From positions 1,632,001 through 1,696,000 of the forward strand of contig CAXXWQ010000003.1 in NCBI GenBank assembly GCA_963674945.2: a DNA stretch of 64,000 bases. The letters run 5' to 3'. The number at the start of each line of letters is the position of its first letter. The first letter of the stretch is position 1. This document shows, piece by piece, positions 40,788 to 50,754 of this stretch. The position numbers and the translations under genes were made by a program. The notes under the pieces were generated by a model. The model did not search any database. It worked only from the letters and a program-made list of their open reading frames with translations, and was not told the DNA's origin. Source of the DNA: an uncultured Desulfosarcina sp. (lineage in GTDB: Bacteria > Desulfobacterota > Desulfobacteria > Desulfobacterales > Desulfosarcinaceae).

Positions 40788-40869
40788 TAAATAGGCATGA
40801 TTTTCCGGAAGGAAAAAAGTATGAAAAAAATGGTGAAACTAATGATGAATTGAAAGTGCTTTATCTCAA

Positions 40870-42228
40870 TTACAGGATCATCGGCATTTCATATTTAAAC
40901 TCAACCCAGATGCTATTTCTTTTACGCACGTCCTCACTATCGAAAACATCTTCAGAACTATGTTGATATCTATAGCGCAAATACATGCTAAAATTTTCCG
41001 TCAACCGATAAAACACGAAAGGTTGAATTTCGAAATAACGGGAGTTATCGACCTTGTCTTCTCTGTCGAAGGGGTCATAACTTATGACAATCCGGCCATC
41101 TATGCCTGCGCCGAACAGTTTGGTGATAAGATAATTATAATTTAAATACAAATTATCTACATTGATATTCTCGCCGTCCGCAGTAGTTGAAAGATCGTGT
41201 GAATAAAGAAGTTGAAGTGTAGAAACAAGCCCTTGGTGCGTCAGGCTCAGGTGCCCTCTGGCTCCCCACGTGCCATCTTTGTCTCCGTTTTTCTCCTCTA
41301 CGTGCGTATACCGTGCACCAATGGCTGCAAGGGATTTGGTAATATCACTCCATCGTCGTTCCCATCCCAAATCGAATGAATAAGAATCGGCATCGTTGAG
41401 ATCGTTTTTTCTATAGTAGTAGGCAGGACCAAGTGAAAGCACGTCCCGTTGGGTCTTCAGGTGATGCTGGTAGTACAGGTGTACCCAATGGCTGGAAGTA
41501 ACGGGATACAGATCATCTTCATAAGTTGAACGATTGTATTGATATTCCGTATCGATGTATGAGACTGTTGATATTGCATACGTGAGACCGCCTTTGGCAT
41601 CGAAATAATCCCGGTCTAGTCTATCAATAACCCGACCTGTTTCCTCCAGGTAGGTGTTTAGTGTCGTGTCTTTGATATAACGAATATCTGCCCGTGTATT
41701 CCAGCGTTGCCCCAAATCATGATTACCGACCAGCCAATAATCATGATCTACCCGATCCAAATCATCCTCATCCAAATAATGCAGAAAATCCCAGTTGGCG
41801 GTCACATTAAGTTCGGTTAACGGCGATTCGTAACGATATTCCAACCCCGGTTCCACGTCGATAAGGTAGGAGTCCAACTTATTTGGATCATCCTCTGGAG
41901 TATATAACAGGTTGTCGTCGTACCCTCCGTACAACCCGATCTTTGGTATTATCCACTGCTCTGCTGCGAGTGAATTGGCCGGGAAAGGAATGACCAGTAA
42001 AACAAAAATGGCGAAAGTAAAAATCTGTTTGGCACAAAATTGTATTGATATCTTCTCAAAAAAACAAAAAGAATCAATTAAAGAGTATTGTTCATATAGT
42101 TTTATATTGCAACTGCTCTGTTGACCATCCTTAGGAGTTATCCTATTCATTATTGGTTGCATCCTTTGGCCGCTAACTTTTTTAATGTGCCATTTACATT
42201 TATCTTTAAATCGAATTTCCTGAACCAA
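40870..42228 (-). CDS. Outer-membrane beta-barrel associated with polysaccharide export; true start probably downstream of 42228
   Basis: Signal-like hydrophobic stretch, YDDN motif, alternating aromatic beta-strands; directly after wza/wzc/kinase. Confidence 0.7.
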   Translation of the reverse strand: MVQEIRFKDKCKWHIKKVSGQRMQPIMNRITPKDGQQSSCNIKLYEQYSLIDSFCFFEKISIQFCAKQIFTFAIFVLLVIPFPANSLAAEQWIIPKIGLYGGYDDNLLYTPEDDPNKLDSYLIDVEPGLEYRYESPLTELNVTANWDFLHYLDEDDLDRVDHDYWLVGNHDLGQRWNTRADIRYIKDTTLNTYLEETGRVIDRLDRDYFDAKGGLTYAISTVSYIDTEYQYNRSTYEDDLYPVTSSHWVHLYYQHHLKTQRDVLSLGPAYYYRKNDLNDADSYSFDLGWERRWSDITKSLAAIGARYTHVEEKNGDKDGTWGARGHLSLTHQGLVSTLQLLYSHDLSTTADGENINVDNLYLNYNYLITKLFGAGIDGRIVISYDPFDREDKVDNSRYFEIQPFVFYRLTENFSMYLRYRYQHSSEDVFDSEDVRKRNSIWVEFKYEMPMIL

Positions 42229-42245
42229 GGCAGAAAATTTGTGGA

Positions 42246-43283
42246 CTATCCCCTGTTCTTATTTAAAACAACACCCAAAACATTGACTTCTTGTAAATAT
42301 TCCATCATCTTCTTGACCTGTTCAGAGGATGTTTTCTCTGATTCGATTACTGGTATAACACCATCAACATAACGATACAATATCATTGCGTCGGGGTAGC
42401 GCAGAATCGCTGGCCCATCCAAAATCACCAACCGATCTGATGGATAACGGCTTTTAATCTCATCCATCATATTTTCCATTCTGACTGAATTCAAAAGCTC
42501 CGGAGAGTTGTCTACAGGAACACCGCCAGGTATTAAAGTAAGTTTATCGATTCCCGGGTTGATCAGGATTTCTTCAATTTCGGCATCACCTTCCAAATAA
42601 TCAGTCAGCCCTTTATCTACATCTAAGGAAAAAAATTCAGTTGCAAAATCTGTGTGTTCTTTTAATGGGCGACGAATGTCAGCATCGATAATCAATACAG
42701 TTCTATCAAACTCTTTAGCGATACTGATACCAAGATTAATACTGGTAAATGTCTTTCCTTCACAAGGATTCGCACTGGTAACAAGAATGCTATTTCCACC
42801 GATTTTCTTTAATTTTCTCAGAACTTGTGTTCGAAGTATTTTGAACTGATTCGTCGTTTCCATATCTTCAAAGATGGAAACGACCCTATTATTTCTCAGA
42901 TTTTCGGGATCATTGGTTTGAATTTTTGTTTTCGAATAGCTAAAGTTAACCCTCTTTTTCGTACTATTGGTATGTGAAGATTTTACGGTATCATTGCGTG
43001 TGAAACGTTGAGATTCTGTGCTTTGATCCGTCACCTGCGATGCTTGACCGCCTCCTGATGATGAAAAACGATCAATTTCACCATCACTTTTTTCTTTTTT
43101 ACCACCTACGACCTGATATTTCTGATTTGACTCCATGACTCTATTTGAAATCCTGTCATTGAATTGTTCAATATCAGTTCCCATTTTGATCTTCTGGTCA
43201 GTAACCTGCTGTCCTTCCGATGTTTTCTGTTGAAGTTTTTTATTGTTGTCTGCTTTTTGAAGTGCTTTAAAAATCTTTCCCAT
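42246..43283 (-). CDS. CpsD/CapB-type BY-kinase (stand-alone)
   Basis: Walker A VTSANPCEGKT, A' IIDADIRRP, B VILDGP, and LGVVLN. Confidence 0.9.
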   Translation of the reverse strand: MGKIFKALQKADNNKKLQQKTSEGQQVTDQKIKMGTDIEQFNDRISNRVMESNQKYQVVGGKKEKSDGEIDRFSSSGGGQASQVTDQSTESQRFTRNDTVKSSHTNSTKKRVNFSYSKTKIQTNDPENLRNNRVVSIFEDMETTNQFKILRTQVLRKLKKIGGNSILVTSANPCEGKTFTSINLGISIAKEFDRTVLIIDADIRRPLKEHTDFATEFFSLDVDKGLTDYLEGDAEIEEILINPGIDKLTLIPGGVPVDNSPELLNSVRMENMMDEIKSRYPSDRLVILDGPAILRYPDAMILYRYVDGVIPVIESEKTSSEQVKKMMEYLQEVNVLGVVLNKNRG

Positions 43284-43314
43284 TTTATCGTCCCATTAAG
43301 ATGTGGTTCAATCT

Positions 43315-45099
43315 TTAGTTATAGTAATTGAGTGGATTGTTATCATCTTTCGCCTTCTTAATCGGCACTCCAACTTCAATTAACCTCTCTTCAAATTTTG
43401 CCCATAGCTCTCCGATGGGCATAACATACCAATTAATAACGAGAGTTAATGCTAATATAAAAAATACTGCATTGGCAGCGATCATCAGGCGTTTTATTTT
43501 TCTTTCACGTTTTTGTTTTGGCGAATCATAAAAAGAAACGGATGCAAGCACAGGTACACCGGCAATTGTTTCCAACTCATTGGTTTGTTTAACGGATGTA
43601 TCCAACCCTTCCAGTAACGCAGAAATTAAGATACCACACCCGATGCTTAAAACAAATCCCATCATTATAATAATTAATCTCTTTGGCTTGTTCGGCTTGT
43701 CGGGCAGAGTTGCACGGGAATCGATACGAAACCGTTCACCTCTTTCCGACGTATCCATTTCCTGAGCAATCTTTGCCGAATGCAGCTTATTGGAAACTTC
43801 ATTGAATTTTTGTTTGGCGTTTTGATAATCCAATGTCAGGGCGTTAAATTCTTCATCTATGAATGGAGCTCTTTCCAGTTTCTTCTGGTAATCTTCCAAT
43901 TTCCTCTTGACCTTGATTCGTTCTTCCCGCAATGCATTCATCTCAGATTCGGCAACGATGATCTGAGCTTTTATGTTCATATACCCTGGATTATCTGCGT
44001 TTTCTTCGTCGATATCCTTATCGATTCGTGCATCACTGATTTGCTGCCTCAGCAGTGCAGCTTCTCTTTTAAGCCGAATGACATCCGGGTGTTTATCTCC
44101 ATAGGCACCTCGTTTTTCTGCGAGCTCTTTTTCCACAATGCTGAGACGGTTTATTTTCTCAGAAGTGCTGCTCTTTTGTCCAATTTGCTCCTCTAGCTCC
44201 TTTATTTCACTTTTAATTCTGATGATATCAGGATGCCTATCCGACAAATTTGCCTGCATACGAATCAACTGCAGTCTGAGATATTTTAATCGGTTATTCG
44301 GGTTATTGGCAACCTCTCCCTCTTCTGTTAAAATAGGGATCATAGGGTCAATGTTTGAAATCTGGCTTTTTAGATAGATTATCTTTTCTTGATTTGTTCG
44401 AATCTGCGCTTCAATTTTATCCAGGTCCTGTTCCAATCGAAAAATCGTTTGATTGAAAACTGATGTGGATCCAGGCAATTGTTCAATATTTCTTGCTTTA
44501 AAGTTGCTTATTTTCTCTTCATAAAATGTAACCAGCCGCCTTAGCTCCTCAAGTTCCTTTTGGAGAAACAAAGTGGTCGTAGTTGCTTGTTCGAGTCGAC
44601 TCTTTTGGTCTTCCTCTACATACAAATTTGCCAGGACATCAGTTATCCTTTTTGCCATTTTGGCGTTTTTGTGCTCATAAGACAAAGTAAATGCGATTGT
44701 TGCAGACCCAACACTGGTTGATTTTCTGTTTCGCAAGGCAACATCGACCGTTTTAAGCTCGATGTCTTTTTTCATCCTTTCGACCATTTCTAAGTCAGTA
44801 TCAAGATCTGGATATAGATTATATTCTTTAATGATCTCTAACAACTTCTGATAACTAAGTAACTTTTTGGTCAGCAGTTCCAATCTCTCACTTACATAGG
44901 TTGTTATGGTGGATTTAACGTACTCTTCAGGTATTTCCTGATTTTCAACGACAATCATTATTTCTGATTTATATATAGGTGGAAGTACAAGGGCGATGAT
45001 AAAAACGGTAATGAATATAAATGCGGATGACAAAAAAAATATTTTTTTCCGGCGACGTATGATTCCCTTAACTTCTAGTTTTCCAATTTCAACAGACAT
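43315..45099 (-). CDS. Polysaccharide co-polymerase, GumC/Wzc-N family
   Basis: LPPIYKS after TM1, coiled coils with two HPD motifs, GERF...LPDKPNKPKR before TM2. Confidence 0.9.
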   Translation of the reverse strand: MSVEIGKLEVKGIIRRRKKIFFLSSAFIFITVFIIALVLPPIYKSEIMIVVENQEIPEEYVKSTITTYVSERLELLTKKLLSYQKLLEIIKEYNLYPDLDTDLEMVERMKKDIELKTVDVALRNRKSTSVGSATIAFTLSYEHKNAKMAKRITDVLANLYVEEDQKSRLEQATTTTLFLQKELEELRRLVTFYEEKISNFKARNIEQLPGSTSVFNQTIFRLEQDLDKIEAQIRTNQEKIIYLKSQISNIDPMIPILTEEGEVANNPNNRLKYLRLQLIRMQANLSDRHPDIIRIKSEIKELEEQIGQKSSTSEKINRLSIVEKELAEKRGAYGDKHPDVIRLKREAALLRQQISDARIDKDIDEENADNPGYMNIKAQIIVAESEMNALREERIKVKRKLEDYQKKLERAPFIDEEFNALTLDYQNAKQKFNEVSNKLHSAKIAQEMDTSERGERFRIDSRATLPDKPNKPKRLIIIMMGFVLSIGCGILISALLEGLDTSVKQTNELETIAGVPVLASVSFYDSPKQKRERKIKRLMIAANAVFFILALTLVINWYVMPIGELWAKFEERLIEVGVPIKKAKDDNNPLNYYN

Positions 45100-45223
45100 T
45101 CAGTTGTTCCTCTTATTTCAAATTCTTAAGGACCATTTTCTTCTGGTCACATCATTAACTTTTATGGCGATTGAATAGCTTCCAAAATTTTTAATCAATA
45201 TTCTTGTTTCAAGATTACTATCG

Positions 45224-45778
45224 TCATGGTACGACAATAACATCTCCACTCCGAATCAAGATATCTTGATTCAAGTTATTTCCCTTTAAGACTTCTTTAT
45301 AATCAAATCCAATCTTTTCAATTTTATTTTTTCCATATCGCAGGATATGAATATCACGCTCTGCAGCGAAAGGGGTCAATCCCTTCGCCATCGCAAGCAT
45401 CTGCATTACATGCGTTTCCAGCGTAATGGGAAAACCACCAGGATTATTGACTTGCCCGATGACATAGGCATTTAAACTGTTTATTTCTTTTACCATCACT
45501 GCAACAGATACATCAGGTATGAATTCGGTGAGCTTCGTTGTAATTACATACCGAATCTCTGACACGGACATGTTGTTTACATTAATGTCCCCAATTAGAG
45601 GGTACGATAAAATTCCATCGGGTGTGATCACCAGTTCGCGACTGAGGTTTTCATCTCGCCACACGGAAACTTCAAGAACATCTCCCGGTCCCACTTTGAA
45701 TGATTCGGCGCATACATCAGAATTCACGGCGAAAATGGCTATCATCGTGGCGATGAACAACAAAACCAAATTTTTCAT
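45224..45778 (-). CDS. Short OPX/Wza-family polysaccharide export protein
   Basis: GPGDVLEVSVW, PDGILSYPLIG, YVIGQV and GDVIVVP end; GGAGGA RBS before ATG 45778. Confidence 0.9.
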   Translation of the reverse strand: MKNLVLLFIATMIAIFAVNSDVCAESFKVGPGDVLEVSVWRDENLSRELVITPDGILSYPLIGDINVNNMSVSEIRYVITTKLTEFIPDVSVAVMVKEINSLNAYVIGQVNNPGGFPITLETHVMQMLAMAKGLTPFAAERDIHILRYGKNKIEKIGFDYKEVLKGNNLNQDILIRSGDVIVVP

Positions 45779-45938
45779 TTTTGTTTCCTCCGACGGTTCT
45801 CGGTCGACGGACCGCATTGCGAATGAGGGTGAGTCGGCGTTAACGACCGCATTAATTGGCGGATCGTGTAAATTATGGTTTACATCCAAAACGACAATTC
45901 TGAAGATAATACCATCCGGCTTCCGTTATCGTATATGG

Positions 45939-47576
45939 TTAAATTCCCAAAAAATAGCTTTTGATTCCAATTACGAAAATTGCGATGGAAAAAGGCAAAC
46001 CAAGCCTCTTTTTTCGGGTCTCACCCACCAAGACTTCATAGCTATAGTACAAAATGACTGCCTTCACGGCAACCAATCCCAAATGATACCCTTTGATGGC
46101 GGCACCGGGAAGATTTGGAATCAAAAGAATCACGAAAATGACGAGAAAATCTAACGTCGAACTTTTAAAACCATTTGCCCGGCGCGTCAGCCGCATCGTG
46201 AAAAAGACCGCTACCAGAAGCACTAGATAAAGCAGGTTATAGGTAATAATAAATGTGGGGTCCACATACATGTATAGCCCTTGATCGCAATGGTAAATAA
46301 TAAAAGGCGTTAGCAGATAGAGCCCCAATTTAATCAATCGATCCAAGAAAGGCTTTTTCAGAAACCATTCGATCGCCAGCAATGCCAAAAAGAAAATTGA
46401 ATAGATGAAATAATATCGCCCGCCCGGTGATGGAAACAGCGCGTTGAACAACAAGAGAGATGGCACCCCATATTTTACGATTCCGAAGGCGATCTTTATG
46501 GCCTGCCCACGATCCTTTAAGGGTTGCAACCTGGCTTTGATTTTATTTAGGAACAGATCACGGTTGACGCGATAGCCCGTTTTTTCGAAAAAATGGGACG
46601 ACACCAATACCGTAATTGAAAAACATAGATAAAAGGATAAAATCAGCCAGTCGTTGAGTTGATGATAGACGATGGCGAACGTTATCAGCAGGGATTGCGC
46701 TACATAAATTACGAGAACCGCTTCGGTATGAAAAAATCCGATCTCTATCAGTTGATGGTGAAAGTGGGTCCGATCTGCAGCAAAAGGGGACCGCCCCTTT
46801 GCCAATCTCTTTATCATCACCGTGAGTGTGTCCAATATAGGCAAACCAATGATGATTAAGGGTAACAGGACACTGAGCCTGTCTGATTGTTGCGTCAGCT
46901 TTATGGACAACATAATAGCTACGAACCCAAGCAGCTGACTGCCTGCATCACCCATAAACAACTGTGCTGGATGGCTATTGAACCGTAAAAAACCAAAAAC
47001 TGCACCGCCGATGGCAATGCACGCCATCGTCACATACCAATCTTTTTCGATCGCACCCAAATACCCGATGCAAAGAAAAATCAGAAGTGCTATGCCACCG
47101 GCCAATCCGTCGAGTCCGTCAGACAGATTGGTAGCATTGGTCACGCCAATGATGACGACGATAGTCAGGGGAATGACCAACCATTGGGGCATCGCGAAAC
47201 CAGCGGGCAAGAGGTTTCCAAAATCAGCGATCCGAATCCCCCCAACAAAGATAGCGACGATGGCGGCCAAGAACTGGCCAAGCAGTTTCATATAGGGACT
47301 CAGGTCTTTAATATCATCGGCAATACCAAATAATACGATGATCAATGTACCGATTAACAGCGACTTGTTGAAATCTGTCATCGGCGCCCACAACACCAGA
47401 GGGGTCATGGCACCGACAGCCATGGCCATTCCCCCACACTTGGGCATTTCCTGTTCATGAATTTTGCGCTGGTTCGGCCTGTCAACAGCCTGTAGCCGAC
47501 AGGCCAATTCTCGCGTGTAGGGCATCAGCGCAATGGTGACGACGATTGAAATTAGTAATGTAGTTAAAAATAGCAT
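45939..47576 (-). CDS. WecA/MraY-family undecaprenyl-phosphate GlcNAc-1-P transferase with C-terminal membrane extension
   Basis: RKIH, GG, DD, NATNLSDGLDGLA, FMGDAGS and DRTHFHH motifs. Confidence 0.92.
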   Translation of the reverse strand: MLFLTTLLISIVVTIALMPYTRELACRLQAVDRPNQRKIHEQEMPKCGGMAMAVGAMTPLVLWAPMTDFNKSLLIGTLIIVLFGIADDIKDLSPYMKLLGQFLAAIVAIFVGGIRIADFGNLLPAGFAMPQWLVIPLTIVVIIGVTNATNLSDGLDGLAGGIALLIFLCIGYLGAIEKDWYVTMACIAIGGAVFGFLRFNSHPAQLFMGDAGSQLLGFVAIMLSIKLTQQSDRLSVLLPLIIIGLPILDTLTVMIKRLAKGRSPFAADRTHFHHQLIEIGFFHTEAVLVIYVAQSLLITFAIVYHQLNDWLILSFYLCFSITVLVSSHFFEKTGYRVNRDLFLNKIKARLQPLKDRGQAIKIAFGIVKYGVPSLLLFNALFPSPGGRYYFIYSIFFLALLAIEWFLKKPFLDRLIKLGLYLLTPFIIYHCDQGLYMYVDPTFIITYNLLYLVLLVAVFFTMRLTRRANGFKSSTLDFLVIFVILLIPNLPGAAIKGYHLGLVAVKAVILYYSYEVLVGETRKKRLGLPFSIAIFVIGIKSYFLGI

Positions 47577-47653
47577 GAAAAAAATCTTAGTTCTAAGAAT
47601 TTGTATCCCTAAGTAAGTATCACAATGCCTTTTGCAAATCTGCTTCTGACCAC

Positions 47654-47670
47654 AGCAATTATTATACCAG
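47654..47670 (-). promoter_or_regulatory. Putative sigma-54 (-24/-12) promoter for the wecA-wza-wzc operon
   Basis: Minus strand CTGGTATAATAATTGCT = GG-N10-GC, ~80 bp upstream of the wecA-like start. Confidence 0.6.
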
Positions 47671-47879
47671 CGTGACGGCCTATAAATAATGGAACGAAAA
47701 AATTAATTTGGTCGTAATTATATATAGATATAGATGAATTATGCAACATTCTTTGTAAAAACAATTGGTGCCATCAGGACTACCTATGTACTGTATTACA
47801 CATTTTTAGAGAAAATCATTCGCTTATTGAAAAAAAACCATCGAAAAAATAGTAAAATTTCCTGGTTTCTTACTTTTCA

Positions 47880-49535
47880 CCTGTTTCCGTGGCACAAAAC
47901 CTGATTAAAACACTATAACCAATTGATAAAACATATATATTATGGTAATATTAGGGCACTAAACGCTCACTTCGGAGGTGAAATCAATGCGGCGTCCGAT
48001 CACCATAAAACACGAGATGGAAAAACTTGCCAGTCATAGCGGATTGATCAATATCGGCGCATTACTTGATGCGATAAATTTCAGGTTCCGTTTCGAAAAG
48101 ATCAACGGCGTCCATTGTGTAGACCCGAAAATTTCTCATGGTGACATTTTAGCTTCGATGATTGCTCTCATGAGTATTGGTAAACCTGATTACGATGCGA
48201 TCGAGATTTTTCGTGAGAAGCAAGAATTTTTCAACAAGGCCATTGGCAATCGTGCATGCCCGTCAAGCCCGACATTGCGTCAGCGAATCGATTTGATCGG
48301 CAACCAAGCCGATAAGCTGATTAAGGATGCAGGCGTTGATTTGGTTCGATCCTGCGCTCCGGCGATTTCACCCATCCAAACCAGTGCGGGTGATTTCCTT
48401 CCTTTGGATATGGATGTGAGTCCGTTTGACAACTCAAAGACTCAAAAGGAAGGCGTTTCCAGAACCTACAAAGGCACGGATGGCTTCGCTCCGATCTTTG
48501 CCTACCTGGGCACCGAGGGGTATCTGGTGAATCTTGAGTTCAGAGAAGGAAAACAACACTGCCAGAAAAACACCCCCGAATTTATCAACGCCACCTTGGA
48601 TTATGCCAGGCAAATTACCGATCAGCCTATTTTGATGAGGTTGGATTCAGGAAACGACAGTCAAGACAACTTTCCTGACGATTCACGAAAGAATGTCCAC
48701 TTTATCATCAAACGCAATTTGCGTAGAGAATCTGTTCAAAAGTGGGTTGATCTGGCAAAAAAATCCGGCAAGCAACAGCATTGCCGCTCAGGAAAATGTG
48801 TATGGATCGGAAAGACGATTGAAGACATCAACGGCAATCCATTGCGCTACCCAATCATCTTTGAGGTTACCGAAAGGCATACCAAAAAGGGCCAAGTACT
48901 GCTGTTCCCCGAGTATCAGATCGATACCTATTGGTGCAGCCTCGCACAGTTGCCACCGGATGAGGTGATTCGACTTTATCACGATCACGGTACCAGCGAG
49001 CAGTTTCACTCCGAACTCAAATCCGACATGGGCCTGGAGCGCTTGCCGAGCGGTCATTTTTCCACCAATAGCTTGATTCTTCATTTGGCGATGCTGACGT
49101 ACAACATGCTACGGATTATCGGACAAATCAGCATCGAAGAGAGTGATCCGACTGAATTGCCCGGTATACGCCGGAAGAAAGTTACCCGGCGTCGAATCCG
49201 GACAGTCATGCAGGACTTGATGTATATGGCCGGTCGATTAGTAACCAGAAGTAGAAAATGGTACATATCCTTTGGCCAACTCAATCCATTTTCCAAACTG
49301 ATGGATCGGATTTATCTTCGTCTGAATTTGCTTTCCGCTATGAAGTAGCTATAATTTTTAAAAGAACAATTTTACAGGCATTTGCTTGGTGATTTGCTAT
49401 GGCTAAAGAATGAGAAACAGGAGCAAAATTCCTTCGAAATTTGAAAATAGTGAGAAAAATTATCAACAAATGATGGTGTGTGAGGCAATCGCCCCGCGCC
49501 AATCCTAACAGCAAAAATTAGGCCACTGATTCAGG
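47880..49535 (+). mobile_element. IS1380-family insertion sequence, apparently complete (1656 bp)
   Basis: IRL CCTGTTTCCGTGGC versus IRR reverse complement CCTGAATCAGTGGC (11/14); TTTTCA directly flanks both ends (47874-47879 and 49536-49541). Confidence 0.85.
47987..49348 (+). CDS. IS1380-family DDE transposase
   Basis: LDMDVS, YKGTDGFAP, RLDSG, YHDHGTSEQFHSELK and N...L...YN motifs; GGAGGT RBS; TTGATA-N17-TAATAT promoter at 47923-47951. Confidence 0.92.
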   Translation: MRRPITIKHEMEKLASHSGLINIGALLDAINFRFRFEKINGVHCVDPKISHGDILASMIALMSIGKPDYDAIEIFREKQEFFNKAIGNRACPSSPTLRQRIDLIGNQADKLIKDAGVDLVRSCAPAISPIQTSAGDFLPLDMDVSPFDNSKTQKEGVSRTYKGTDGFAPIFAYLGTEGYLVNLEFREGKQHCQKNTPEFINATLDYARQITDQPILMRLDSGNDSQDNFPDDSRKNVHFIIKRNLRRESVQKWVDLAKKSGKQQHCRSGKCVWIGKTIEDINGNPLRYPIIFEVTERHTKKGQVLLFPEYQIDTYWCSLAQLPPDEVIRLYHDHGTSEQFHSELKSDMGLERLPSGHFSTNSLILHLAMLTYNMLRIIGQISIEESDPTELPGIRRKKVTRRRIRTVMQDLMYMAGRLVTRSRKWYISFGQLNPFSKLMDRIYLRLNLLSAMK

Positions 49536-50646
49536 TTTTCAATGATAGAAAATACTTTACGCCAATATTTAGATTTTTGATATAAGAATCAATCGTGTAC
49601 TTTTTAACATAAATTTCTCTACCAGCATTGCCCATCTTTTTCCTTAACTTCGAATCATTGATCAACAATAAAACTCGTTCTGTTAATTCTTCAATATCCC
49701 CGGGTTCAACAATAAAACCATTGATACCATTTAATACTACCTCAGGTATACTGCCTTCATTTGTAGAAACAATCGGAACTCCAGCGCGCATTGCTTCAAG
49801 GTTGACCAGTCCAAAAGCCTCGTCTTTGGTTGGAAAAACAAATATGTCATTTTTCGCGAATAAGGTTTCTTTTTCATGTCCATAAATAGGCCCTGTCATT
49901 GTTATGAAATCATTCAGTCGTTCATTTTTTATAAATTCGGTAAGTTCTCTAAAATGCAAATCAGACATTTTCGGACCCGCCAAATAAAAATGGATGTTTT
50001 TATTGACAGAAACAATTCTCTTGGCTGCTATTAAAAATTCCATGGGACCTTTCGATGGCATAAGGTTAGACAAGAATAAAATATTTACCGGTTGGTCCAC
50101 TGTATTAATATCAGAATTTTTTATAAACGCTGTATCGGAAACAGCATTGGGAAGAACAAACAAATTCTCATCAGGAATCAAATGATTCAAATCAGTTTTT
50201 AATCTTTCACCTAAAACAAAAGCACCCAATGATCGTGAGATCTCATTCTCAACTATAGTAAGTAAAGGACATGGTATAAAATTACCAAGATCTTTGACTC
50301 CTTTTGCATGCATATATAAAACATATTTTATATGAAAAAGTCTTAAAAGAAAAAGGAAAAACGTGTCAATGTAAATAGAGGGCGGTTTTTTGGATAAAAA
50401 ATAAAAACAAAGATCATATTTATTTTCAAATAGTTTTTTTATGAATATTGCGGTAATTATCGGTATTTTTAATATTTTGGAGATTGTAAGCCTTCGAACA
50501 TCCTCGATTTTTTTTGAAAATGTTTTCTCAATAACAACAATATCGCATCCATTTTTTTTAAGAGAGTGAACGAACATTTCCGTCATTAAGTTAGAGCCAT
50601 GATGTGGAGGTGGCAGTTGCCCTACGACTAAAATGCGAGGTTTCAA
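49531..50646 (-). CDS. Glycosyltransferase family 4, C-terminus clipped by the IS
   Basis: PPPHHG, FLSNLMPSKG and EAFGLVNLEAM; stop codon lies inside the IS right IR. Confidence 0.9.
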   Translation of the reverse strand: MKPRILVVGQLPPPHHGSNLMTEMFVHSLKKNGCDIVVIEKTFSKKIEDVRRLTISKILKIPIITAIFIKKLFENKYDLCFYFLSKKPPSIYIDTFFLFLLRLFHIKYVLYMHAKGVKDLGNFIPCPLLTIVENEISRSLGAFVLGERLKTDLNHLIPDENLFVLPNAVSDTAFIKNSDINTVDQPVNILFLSNLMPSKGPMEFLIAAKRIVSVNKNIHFYLAGPKMSDLHFRELTEFIKNERLNDFITMTGPIYGHEKETLFAKNDIFVFPTKDEAFGLVNLEAMRAGVPIVSTNEGSIPEVVLNGINGFIVEPGDIEELTERVLLLINDSKLRKKMGNAGREIYVKKYTIDSYIKNLNIGVKYFLSLKT

Positions 50647-50754
50647 TTTGATGCCTTTTTATTGTACCAGATACCGATCTATTGAATTAGTAATGAAAAA
50701 TTGGAGCGTTGCACAGATGGTATAAGCCTTTAATGAGGATGGCGTATCGCCTTT

